The notes beneath the pieces are model-generated. The model did not search any database. It had not been told where the DNA came from and saw only the letters and a list, made by a program, of their open reading frames with translations. Below are positions 18,405-27,859 of a stretch of DNA of 64,000 bases, piece by piece (the first letter of the stretch is position 1; each line of letters begins with the position of its first letter). The position numbers and the translations under genes were made by a program. The stretch is from the IMG/VR virus record IMGVR_UViG_3300006133_000325; one strand, given 5' to 3'. Source of the stretch: a virus (Duplodnaviria; Caudoviricetes).

Positions 18405-19979
18405 ATGGGATTATATAGAAATGGTAGAAAAATTGCCGGAAATGGCAAATCCCCTTATGAAGCCGCTATATCTGGTGGATATATAGGAACTGAAAAACAA
18501 TTTTACGAAAGTTTAGGAAAATTAGATGAAGTAATGAATCTGCAAGAAGAAATCGAACATATCAAAAACACTTCTTTTAGTTCTATCTTTAAAGTCAAAA
18601 ATATCACATTAACTCCAGAATTATTTACCAACAATATATATACCATTCAAAATACACATGTTACAGAAGATTCTATTCTTATTACCTACTACTCTCCTAC
18701 TACTTTAGATACTGCCACAGAGCTACAATTAGTAGAAGAAAGTGTAGAAAATGGTATTAAATTTACTATCCAAAATCCACTTGAAACGTTTACCGTAGAA
18801 ATTGATGCTATTGTGGTGATGAATCTTGATGAAGCAAAAGATGATACTGAAAAACCGACTATTACTCCTGACAACATAGCAAATAATACGACGACTACTG
18901 TTGCTGGCTATGCTGCAGATGCAAGACAACTTAATCCTAATATTGATGGTAGTTATGCTAATACTGTTTCCAAACAGTTTTTACAAATGCAACAACAAAT
19001 TCAGGCATTGCAAAATTCATTAAATGGTTGTTCCTTTGAGATTATTGATGGAGTTCCTCATATTGTATGGGATGATGAAGGTGGTGGAAATACATCAACT
19101 CCAGATTCAACAATTACGATTACAAATCAGCCTGCTGGAACTAATGTGTATGTTGGTGAAAGCTTTCATTTGTCTGTAGAAGCCAACAGTTCGTCCGAAT
19201 TATCTTATCAGTGGAGGTATAGAGCTAATGATAGTGATGAATGGACAAATAGCACGAATCCAACTGCCAAAACAGCTAATTTTACTTCTGCTATAACTTC
19301 TGAAGTCGGGACAAATCAATGGCAATGTGTCATTAGTAATAACGATAAGACTATGACAACAGATATTGTTATGATAGAAGTAAGGGAAATTCCTTCTATT
19401 ACTATTACTGCTCAACCAGTAAGTACCTTATCTGTAGAAGCTGAAAGCAATATCTCAATATCTCTTCAAGCCAATAGCGAATTATCACTATCCTATCAAT
19501 GGCAGAAAAGTATAGACAATTCTATTTACTCTGATATATCTAACGCAACTTCCTCTTCTTATACTGGGGAAGTTAGTAGTAATATAGGGAAAGAATATTA
19601 TAGATGCAAAATAAATAACACTAAGGAAGAAATATATAGTGAAATATGTGAAGTAAGTATTATAACCCCTTCCTCATACCAATTAGTTTCATTTACTCCA
19701 ACTTCAGCAAAAGTTGGGGAAACAACCAATTTTAATGTGGTAATTAAACCAGCAATAACAGGACATTTATGTTTAAATACAGATGCTCCTTCAGATCATT
19801 ATTTTCTTTTTATGCAAGGCGCTGTAACTAATGGGAAAGGAAGTCTAACTTGTACTTTTGAACAAAAAGATGTTTATACTGTTGATCCTGCTGGATCTAG
19901 GTCAAATTTTTCTCCAGATGACGGGCAACATATAGCATATCCGGTAACAGGAAATAAGGTTTTAATAACAGTAAGTTAA
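18405..19979 (+). CDS. Virion protein with two Ig-like domains
   Basis: GKSPYEAA..GY.GTE..F, IANNTTTTVAGYAADARQ, two TIT.QP..LSYQW..Y/WxC Ig units. Confidence 0.7.
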   Translation: MGLYRNGRKIAGNGKSPYEAAISGGYIGTEKQFYESLGKLDEVMNLQEEIEHIKNTSFSSIFKVKNITLTPELFTNNIYTIQNTHVTEDSILITYYSPTTLDTATELQLVEESVENGIKFTIQNPLETFTVEIDAIVVMNLDEAKDDTEKPTITPDNIANNTTTTVAGYAADARQLNPNIDGSYANTVSKQFLQMQQQIQALQNSLNGCSFEIIDGVPHIVWDDEGGGNTSTPDSTITITNQPAGTNVYVGESFHLSVEANSSSELSYQWRYRANDSDEWTNSTNPTAKTANFTSAITSEVGTNQWQCVISNNDKTMTTDIVMIEVREIPSITITAQPVSTLSVEAESNISISLQANSELSLSYQWQKSIDNSIYSDISNATSSSYTGEVSSNIGKEYYRCKINNTKEEIYSEICEVSIITPSSYQLVSFTPTSAKVGETTNFNVVIKPAITGHLCLNTDAPSDHYFLFMQGAVTNGKGSLTCTFEQKDVYTVDPAGSRSNFSPDDGQHIAYPVTGNKVLITVS

Positions 19980-20132
19980 TTCTCCATCAATGAAATTCTA
20001 TTTAGTATAATCCGTAGTAACAACATTTATACATTGAAGGGTCATAGAGATTGAAAATGAAAAAATACAAAACAATAAAAAACTACTTAGCTAGTTGTCA
20101 ATGTAATAACAATATTAAAGCGAGGTGAATAT

Positions 20133-20972
20133 ATGCGCGGAAAAAATAATATTGTCCCATTACCAGGATTTAATACATCTGATGCCACTGCTACAGCAGA
20201 TAAAATTCTATCTTCATATACCGCTTATGGTGGCAACGGAAAAATAACTGGAACAATGCCTGATAATGGAGAAACTAACCATACCCTTCCCATTAACGGA
20301 AGTTATACGATACCTAAAGGATATCATAACGGAAGCGGCAGAATATCACAATCTGTTACTACAAAATCTGCTGAAACTTATACTCCAACCACGAGCAATC
20401 AAACTATTGCCGCAGGAAGATATTTGAGCGGCGACCAAATTATTAAAGGGGATAATAATTTAGTAGCTGGAAATATTAAAAAAGGGATTAGTATTTTTGG
20501 AGTAAATGGTAGTTATAATCTTTCAATAAGCGATGCCAAAGTTTTATCTGGTATGTCCCAGACAAGTTTCACATCCATCTCTCTTGCAAATAATTCTAGC
20601 AGAACTTTTACTCTTGAAGAAAAAATATCTACAATGCAGCAATATTTAATAAGTCCAGAAACTTTATATCTTGGTATATGGGGAGACTTAGAAGGAAGTG
20701 ATAGCATTATTTCATTTTCATCTTCACCATTAAATGATATTGATTTGCCTTCAATATGGCAATTTTTTACTCCTGGAGGGTATCTTAATGGTGATTGGTC
20801 TGGCGATAAAAGCTATAATATGCGTCTATATACTGATAGAGAAGCTAATCTTTTTGGATGTTATCTAAAATTAACATTATTATCGGATAGTCAAATCAAA
20901 GTAGAAAATAAAACTGGACATATCATCAAAAAGTTAATGTTTAACGTTTATAGTGTAGACTTTAAAATTTAA
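20133..20972 (+). CDS. Tail fibre protein
   Basis: SDATATADKIL, TGTMPDNG, TIPKGYHNGSG, GDNNLVAGNIKKG.SIFGV. Confidence 0.7.
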   Translation: MRGKNNIVPLPGFNTSDATATADKILSSYTAYGGNGKITGTMPDNGETNHTLPINGSYTIPKGYHNGSGRISQSVTTKSAETYTPTTSNQTIAAGRYLSGDQIIKGDNNLVAGNIKKGISIFGVNGSYNLSISDAKVLSGMSQTSFTSISLANNSSRTFTLEEKISTMQQYLISPETLYLGIWGDLEGSDSIISFSSSPLNDIDLPSIWQFFTPGGYLNGDWSGDKSYNMRLYTDREANLFGCYLKLTLLSDSQIKVENKTGHIIKKLMFNVYSVDFKI

Positions 20973-21004
20973 AAGGACTCTAGTTTTTCAACTAAGTCCT
21001 TTTT
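20971..21004. terminator. Bidirectional terminator between convergent genes
   Basis: AAAAGGACT..AGTCCTTTT. Confidence 0.7.
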
Positions 21005-21017
21005 CATTACAATATTT

Positions 21018-22694
21018 TTATCTTCCATTTATCCTTGCTAAATTTGAATAATATAGTTGATTTTCTCTGTCCATTTCTGCTTTTTCATAAGTCTCTACTA
21101 ATTTCTCCAAATTCGAAATTTCTTCACTTGCATAATAACTTGCTTCTAATTCATCCAATTCCTTTTGTGCTGCTTCCATTTTTGATTTTTCTATTCGAGT
21201 TTGCTTCTTTGCATCCTCGGAATTATCACCAGACAATGCTACGATTCTTTTTTGACATTGTGTAATAATTTTTAATAAATCTGAACGTCTATTTCTATAA
21301 GATTCTTCTGTCCCATAATATGGAGTAGTATTCCTACGGATTTCTGCTATTTTTTGATCGGTATCCCTTCTCATATCTGCCACCTTCAACCGAATATCAG
21401 AGAGTGCTTTTTGATGACGTGCCTCTTCTTCTGCTACTGTCATAGTTACTTCTGGTATAGTTGTTGTACCAGTATTAACAGGAGGTATAATATTTGTGTT
21501 TGTTGGTGGTATTTGATTATTAGAGGTTGTATTTCCTAAAACTATTGCCTTACACGTATAAGTAACTCCGTTTAATGTGGCAAATATCTTACAATCCCCT
21601 TGCGAAACCCCAATTATATTAGCAGAATTACCATTAGTTGATAATATGGTTGCAACGGTTGGGTCACTCGTTTTCCAAATAATATTTTGTGATGGATCGG
21701 TTGCATATAAGGAAATCTCACTTATTATATTGCTAGAGTCTAGGTGTATGACAATAGTTTTTGAAGTTAGAAACGGATCTAATACCGCAATTTCTACCTC
21801 GCAGGTTTTATCTCCTATTTTTGCAGAGATTTTAGAGCCTCCCATAGAGATACCTGTCACTACTCCATCAGAAGAGATACTTGCTATAGATGGCTTTTCA
21901 GAACTCCAAAAAACTTCGATGTCAGATGAAACATCTGGACTCCATATAAGATTATTCTTTTCATCCACCACTGACAATTGACACCTGGCGCCTGGTGAAA
22001 TAGTAAATTGAGTTGCAGCAATGCGAAGTTTCACATTTTTTAGTTTATCATCAACATCTGTTTCTGCTACTTTGTTTTCATTAACTTCAGAGTTTTGGCT
22101 ATTATCTTCTTGCTCTTCCTCCGTATCATCATTATCTTTTATTTCAATTGCTTCTCCTGATACTGTAATATCACAACTGTAATTTTTCTTACCTACTTTG
22201 GCAGTTATGATTGTTTCTCCTTCTTCAAGGGCTGTAACAACACCATTTTTTGAAACTATAGCAACAGATTTATTAGATGTTGTCCATTTGACACTTTGCT
22301 TCGTATCTTTTAATTTCAAAGTAATCGTATCACCTGTCTCTAAAACTGCCGATTTTTTACTAAGAGTTGGTGTCTCTACAATTACTTTACATACATATTT
22401 TTTGCCATCTACTGTTGCTGTTACTTTTGCATTTCCCTTTTTTACCCCTTTTACTCTACCTTTAGAAGTAACAGTTGCTATTTTTTTATTGCTAGTACTC
22501 CATTTTACCTTCTTTTTCGTTCCTGAAATTTCAAGCTGCGCGGTTTGACCCTTTGTTATATATAAAGTTTTTTTATTCAACTTTATTTTTGAAGCCGCCT
22601 CTGCTGTAATCTTTTGTTCCATTGCTGGAAAATTATAAAAGATAGTTTGCAATAAAGCGAAACACAACATTAATAATACTACTTTTTTCTTCAT
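21018..22694 (-). CDS. Secreted Big_2 (Ig-like) repeat protein with a TMP-like C-terminal helical segment
   Basis: GGGAGG RBS; signal peptide ending AEA; four WxxSxxxxA Big_2 units; C-terminal VALSGDNSEDAKK matches TMP. Confidence 0.8.
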   Translation of the reverse strand: MKKKVVLLMLCFALLQTIFYNFPAMEQKITAEAASKIKLNKKTLYITKGQTAQLEISGTKKKVKWSTSNKKIATVTSKGRVKGVKKGNAKVTATVDGKKYVCKVIVETPTLSKKSAVLETGDTITLKLKDTKQSVKWTTSNKSVAIVSKNGVVTALEEGETIITAKVGKKNYSCDITVSGEAIEIKDNDDTEEEQEDNSQNSEVNENKVAETDVDDKLKNVKLRIAATQFTISPGARCQLSVVDEKNNLIWSPDVSSDIEVFWSSEKPSIASISSDGVVTGISMGGSKISAKIGDKTCEVEIAVLDPFLTSKTIVIHLDSSNIISEISLYATDPSQNIIWKTSDPTVATILSTNGNSANIIGVSQGDCKIFATLNGVTYTCKAIVLGNTTSNNQIPPTNTNIIPPVNTGTTTIPEVTMTVAEEEARHQKALSDIRLKVADMRRDTDQKIAEIRRNTTPYYGTEESYRNRRSDLLKIITQCQKRIVALSGDNSEDAKKQTRIEKSKMEAAQKELDELEASYYASEEISNLEKLVETYEKAEMDRENQLYYSNLARINGR

Positions 22695-22725
22695 AAAAAA
22701 TTCCCTCCCAAATAATATTAAATTT

Positions 22726-22813
22726 ATTTTATTCCTTATTTTATATAAAGTCAATATAGAAACCATATATTGTATGAAATCCTATTGACTTTTTTCATCG
22801 GATTAAGTAAACT
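22726..22813. promoter_or_regulatory. Divergent sigma-A promoter pair
   Basis: - strand TTGACT(22754-22749)-17-TAAAAT(22731-22726); + strand TTGACT(22785-22790)-17-TAAACT(22808-22813). Confidence 0.75.
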
Positions 22814-22849
22814 TTTATTATTATTATTATTAAAAAAGGGGGACTTCTT

Positions 22850-23989
22850 ATGAAGAAAAGAAAACATATTTTAGGGTTGTTGCTTATTGTAGCAATGCTA
22901 CTTTCTCTTCTACCCTATCAAAGAGCGGAAGCTGCCGCTAAAAAGTATCTTGTTATCTCTTATGATGATGGGAACTATTGGGGATATCATGATATGGTAG
23001 AAAGAACCTCTGATGGGGCTTTAATGATTCCAGCAAAAAAATTTGCAGATAATTTCTGGTTGGAGTATAAAAATCTTGGAAACGGGAATTTTACTCTTAC
23101 CGACAAAGAAACTGGAGCAACCTGTACCTATCAAAGAGGAGCAAAAGAATATTCTTATACAAAATATTTTTTTGCAAGTTTGTCTAAAAGGCAAAATAAC
23201 ACAGCGAAATATGCTCCAATGCTTAGTAATAAAACAAATATGATTCATTGTAGTGCTGTTTCTCCTTTGTTTTATTGTAAGTATTTTTCTGCTTCTACTG
23301 CAACAGAATACAAAGCAAAAGGTTATTCTGGAGTTCTTTTATATTCAAAATATCCATTATCCGATTCTGACCTTCCTCCAATTTCTTATATTGAAAATGC
23401 AGAGGAGTTAGGTTTAATCGAAAAAGAGGATATCAAAGATCCATCTGAAAATGACACCGATGACAAAAAGGAACCTACTCTCGGCGAAATTATTGATTCA
23501 AATTTAGACGCACTAAAAACATATATTATGACATATGGCGGCACTAACAAGAATGGAGACAAAATTATAAATTATTATTATAGAGATGTTCTTCCAGACG
23601 GAGATGTATCAGAATCAGCTTGCGCAATAGCCTTAAATGAATCCAATGGCGAAATGACGTTTATATACAGAAATACATTAGATAACGTCGAATCTGCCAT
23701 AACATTTATTTTAAACCCAACAAACTCAGCTACTAAAACAACAGTTAATTGTGTATTGGCAGATATGGAATACGGGCTAGGATTTAGCGCAAATTCGCAA
23801 ATGTATATTGCATCATATAATGAGGAAGACTTATATTTTGTTAAGGAACAAAGCATTTATATGACAGACGACACAATAAACAAATTAGCAAACATAAACT
23901 TAAAGCTCGCTATAAACCTACTAAATATAATGCTTTATGATAAAATTGGTCTAACATTGCCAGACATCGGTTTTTTATTATATGAATAG
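22850..23989 (+). CDS. Secreted protein of unknown function (moron)
   Basis: Signal peptide MKKRKHILGLLL..AEA; own promoter and terminator. Confidence 0.7.
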   Translation: MKKRKHILGLLLIVAMLLSLLPYQRAEAAAKKYLVISYDDGNYWGYHDMVERTSDGALMIPAKKFADNFWLEYKNLGNGNFTLTDKETGATCTYQRGAKEYSYTKYFFASLSKRQNNTAKYAPMLSNKTNMIHCSAVSPLFYCKYFSASTATEYKAKGYSGVLLYSKYPLSDSDLPPISYIENAEELGLIEKEDIKDPSENDTDDKKEPTLGEIIDSNLDALKTYIMTYGGTNKNGDKIINYYYRDVLPDGDVSESACAIALNESNGEMTFIYRNTLDNVESAITFILNPTNSATKTTVNCVLADMEYGLGFSANSQMYIASYNEEDLYFVKEQSIYMTDDTINKLANINLKLAINLLNIMLYDKIGLTLPDIGFLLYE

Positions 23990-23996
23990 AGAAACT

Positions 23997-24034
23997 ATCC
24001 CTCATCGTAAAAGGTATATGCGATGGGGGATTTT
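23997..24034 (+). terminator. Intrinsic terminator
   Basis: ATCCCTCATCGTA..TGCGATGGGGGAT-TTT. Confidence 0.7.
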
Positions 24035-24052
24035 GTATTTTTCAAAAGGTAG

Positions 24053-24619
24053 GTGATTCCCATTCAAACAATACTAAAACTAACAGAAAACAAACGTTTA
24101 ACCAAAACAACCGAATCTAACATTTATGAGGGAGAGAATCTAGCGGATTCCCTCCTTTTCTTATTCCCTCCAGAGTATAACAGCCACCCTATTCAGGAGT
24201 ACAGTGTCAGTTTGCATTGGTATAATGCAAACAGCGAAGGCAACGTTCATCTTTTTGAATTTGAAGAGGAATTATATGGGGAAGAATACGTCCAATCTAT
24301 GGTAAATATCACAGACATCTTTACATCTACAGTAGGAAAAATAACCTTATGGATTGAACTATCTGATGTAAATACTGGTCTACTACTGAAAAGCGATGAA
24401 ACTACCCTTTTAATACAACCTCATAGTGATAGCGCAGAGCATATGCCAGAAACCGTACCGCAGATTTTCAACGAATATAAAGTCCAAATGGAACAGCTTA
24501 TCAATACTGCTACTATCATTCAGGACAAAATCACTGAAACAGAAGCGCGACTAGATGAAAAAATTGCAGTCGTCATGGCAATGATGGAGGAATGGGAGGG
24601 AAAATATGGAACTAATTAA
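24053..24619 (+). CDS. Baseplate-associated protein (start uncertain, possibly ATT 24062)
   Basis: IYEGENLADSLLF resembles BppU-type N-domains; the GTG lies inside the SD. Confidence 0.55.
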   Translation: MIPIQTILKLTENKRLTKTTESNIYEGENLADSLLFLFPPEYNSHPIQEYSVSLHWYNANSEGNVHLFEFEEELYGEEYVQSMVNITDIFTSTVGKITLWIELSDVNTGLLLKSDETTLLIQPHSDSAEHMPETVPQIFNEYKVQMEQLINTATIIQDKITETEARLDEKIAVVMAMMEEWEGKYGTN

Positions 24620-26531
24620 ATATAAAGAAAAATTGGCTGACCTAACTGCCAAAAATCCAGAGTTGGGAGAAGCTGCAGCAATGCTTATGTCACGTTCCAT
24701 CCAAGCTGGTACAAAAATCAATGAACTGGACTACAATGAAGAACCTCCTGAAAAACTATGTTTTCAAATTTTCAATCGTACCATTACGATTGATACTACT
24801 ATCAAACATATCGTCGTACAAGGTGATACTAATAGCCGCAGAATTACGTTTGAATTATCAAGATATTTTGACGAAATCGATCTTTCTACTAAGCAAATGC
24901 GAATATATTATATTAATGCCGAAAAGAAATTTGGCACTACCCCCATTGAATCCTTTTCCATTTCAGAAGAAGATGAATCCAGACTGTTTGTAACCTGGTT
25001 GGTAGAGGGAGGGCTTACTACTACTGCTGGAGATATTGCCTTTGCACTTGATTTTTACGAAGTAGATACAGACGATTTTATCATTTATCGTTGGCAGACT
25101 ACAGCAGCACATTTCAATGTAGCAAAAGCGATTAGTGCCTTGGAAGGTGCGACGGAGCCGGATTATCGCTATCAAATTGATTTCATCAGTGAATTTGAAG
25201 GCTACGAAGATTACGAAGAGTTACAGGCGGAACTTGGAGTAGAAATTGAAGATAGAGTTGTCATTATGCCTTCTGTAGAAAATCTTGTAATTCAATTAGA
25301 TACCATGTCTAGGGGTATTGAATATACCATGCCACGCTATTTCGACGGAATGGATATGTCTACTAAAACTATCATTATTCAATATATCAATGCGGCTGGG
25401 CAAACGGATTGCGCATTTGCTGCAAACGTGAAAGTCAAAACAGATACGATATCCTTTACTTGGATTATTGATGGAAAGGTGACAATCAAGCCTGGAATGG
25501 TGACATATAATATCGCTTTTATTGGCTATCATCAAAACGGAAAATTTTACAACTGGCAGACTGCTCTTAGCTACATTTTTGTAAAAGACGGAATCCTTGT
25601 AACAGATGGAATTGATGAACCCTGTCCAAGCTGGCTGCATTCTTTACAGATACAAATTGATAGTGTCGTGAAAAAAAGCATATATTATCTCAACCAAACT
25701 ATTCTGATGAATGAACAAATCCAGGAAGAAATCCTACAAGTAGGGGAACGAATTGAAGAATTGTCAAAGCTAACAGATGGCATTACCGCTGATCTTTCCA
25801 CTCAAATCGAAGAAGTGAAAAAGGCAACCGAAAACGCAATTGCAGTTACAGAAGCTGCCACAGAAAAATTAAATGATATGGAAAAATTATATAATTCCAT
25901 TATGCAAAATACTTTAAGCACGATTGAAATAAAAATGGAAACTACGACTGACATCAAGCAGGAGTATGGAAATACCGTTGTAGGAAATGTCGTATCTTGG
26001 AGCTTTAATCCTAGCTTTACTCCAGCCTCACAGGAATTGAATGGAGAAATGATTGATTCTTCTGCCACTTCTTTTGAGGATCTGACTATTATAAATGAAG
26101 ATAAAAATTATGTGCTGGTAGTAAAAGATGCTATTAGAACCTTATCTGCCAAAATTGGGATAAAATTTTATCACTCGATCCGTTGGTGTACTGCAGCGCA
26201 ACCATCTGATGTTGCTATTGCAGATGGTTCCTTCCTTTCCGCTATGGATTTTTCTTTACAGGACAATGTAAGGACTATCCTATCCGTCCATGCAAATGAT
26301 GGGGAATATATTTGGTTTGCCTGTCCACATGATATTTCTGCTGGAACACAATTCTACTTCTCTTCCGTTGCTGGTGGATTCAGCTTATATAAAGAAGCTT
26401 TCTCATATGAAAATCAGTATGGATATACTACCACATATGACCTATATAGAAGTGATAATCACTCACTTGGCAATGTTATTGTTCGGATTGGAAATATCTT
26501 ATATGGAAAGGATGGTGTCACTCATGGCTAA
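24606..26531 (+). CDS. Baseplate protein with two tandem BppU-like domains
   Basis: QGDTNSRRITFELSRYFD.IDLSTK and QLDTMSRGIEYTMPRYFDGMDMSTK, each ending WQT. Confidence 0.7.
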   Translation: MELIKYKEKLADLTAKNPELGEAAAMLMSRSIQAGTKINELDYNEEPPEKLCFQIFNRTITIDTTIKHIVVQGDTNSRRITFELSRYFDEIDLSTKQMRIYYINAEKKFGTTPIESFSISEEDESRLFVTWLVEGGLTTTAGDIAFALDFYEVDTDDFIIYRWQTTAAHFNVAKAISALEGATEPDYRYQIDFISEFEGYEDYEELQAELGVEIEDRVVIMPSVENLVIQLDTMSRGIEYTMPRYFDGMDMSTKTIIIQYINAAGQTDCAFAANVKVKTDTISFTWIIDGKVTIKPGMVTYNIAFIGYHQNGKFYNWQTALSYIFVKDGILVTDGIDEPCPSWLHSLQIQIDSVVKKSIYYLNQTILMNEQIQEEILQVGERIEELSKLTDGITADLSTQIEEVKKATENAIAVTEAATEKLNDMEKLYNSIMQNTLSTIEIKMETTTDIKQEYGNTVVGNVVSWSFNPSFTPASQELNGEMIDSSATSFEDLTIINEDKNYVLVVKDAIRTLSAKIGIKFYHSIRWCTAAQPSDVAIADGSFLSAMDFSLQDNVRTILSVHANDGEYIWFACPHDISAGTQFYFSSVAGGFSLYKEAFSYENQYGYTTTYDLYRSDNHSLGNVIVRIGNILYGKDGVTHG

Positions 26532-27843
26532 AATACGATTAGCACAAGAAATTGTGCCTGCTAGCGATGGTTTTGCCCTTGTGGATGCTGAAAATATTCG
26601 CGGCGGAATCCATTCCTTTAAAACATGGGAAGAAGTAAAAATGTTAAAAGAAGACTTCCGAAAAATAGGAATGTTAATTTTTATTGAATCAGAAGAAACT
26701 TATTACAAACTACTTCCTTCTGGAGAATTTGAAGTTATCACAGATATAGATGGTGCCGTCCAGGAAGCTATTAAGGGAGTTGTAAAGTTTGAGGATATCA
26801 CGGCTGGCGATAACATTATTTTAGACAAGACAGATAACAAATTAGTGATTGGAGCTATTGTAGATGGAGATTTACCTGCCAATAAAGTATTTTGTGAAGA
26901 GGTTATTGATATCACAGAAGAATTACCACAGGTTAATATTACAACGACCAATAACCCATCCTTAATGAAAAACAAACAAGATGTAACAGACAATGAACTC
27001 ACTACTGAGGATAAAACAATCGTCGGTGCAATCAATGAGGTGTATCATGGAATGAAAGAAAAAGAACGAGAGGCTATTGCTACAAATATTGGAAGTCCTG
27101 CTTCTAGCCAAAACACAGCTTATGAATTGTCTAATCATATTTTAGCTTGTAATATCAACGCAGCAAATTCCTTGCGTGCAAATGGAGTTGAGATTACAGG
27201 AAACCCACCAACCTACTATGAAATTGTCGCTGCTATGCAAAAAGAATTTGGAATAGGTGGCGGGGATGGTAATGGTGGTTCTTCTTCTGAAAGTGGAAAA
27301 TACGGACGTATGTGGTCGAAAACCGTCAATACTATCACAGGTGATTGGCTTAGTTATTATTTTCAACTTTTTGGAAATGGATATACAACTACAGAGTGTA
27401 AAAACCATGCTACTGCAAACTCTCTTCCAAAAGGAGAATTTCGTATTGCCGTACCAGAACTATTTGATAATATCCTCATTACTGGTGAAATGTATATGGG
27501 AAGCGCAAGTTATGGAAGGTATTGGGAAAATAATACCTATAGTAAATATGTAAAGGATTTTTATTTATTCTTTTTGAAAGCCCCTGCCAGATTCGCAGAT
27601 AGTATGTCTGATATCAAAGACGGTCGATACGCGTTCCTTCTTACTACGAACAGCGATCCCGACTATGACAAGTTAGGAGCTACTTATAAAACTGTTAGCA
27701 CCTTAACCATTAAAACAGGCTATATGATTTCTTATGTCAGCCAAAATAATCAGCATTATGTATCTTATGAATTGAATGGTTCTACTAATTTTTCTCAATA
27801 TTGGGATTCCTATTGTAAAAATATCTATGGCTGGAACAACTAA
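26524..27843 (+). CDS. Tail fibre-related protein
   Basis: ALVDAENIRGG, LTTEDKTIVGAINEV fibre motif; ATG overlaps the previous gene. Confidence 0.65.
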   Translation: MAKIRLAQEIVPASDGFALVDAENIRGGIHSFKTWEEVKMLKEDFRKIGMLIFIESEETYYKLLPSGEFEVITDIDGAVQEAIKGVVKFEDITAGDNIILDKTDNKLVIGAIVDGDLPANKVFCEEVIDITEELPQVNITTTNNPSLMKNKQDVTDNELTTEDKTIVGAINEVYHGMKEKEREAIATNIGSPASSQNTAYELSNHILACNINAANSLRANGVEITGNPPTYYEIVAAMQKEFGIGGGDGNGGSSSESGKYGRMWSKTVNTITGDWLSYYFQLFGNGYTTTECKNHATANSLPKGEFRIAVPELFDNILITGEMYMGSASYGRYWENNTYSKYVKDFYLFFLKAPARFADSMSDIKDGRYAFLLTTNSDPDYDKLGATYKTVSTLTIKTGYMISYVSQNNQHYVSYELNGSTNFSQYWDSYCKNIYGWNN

Positions 27844-27859
27844 GGTGGTGATATGAAAT

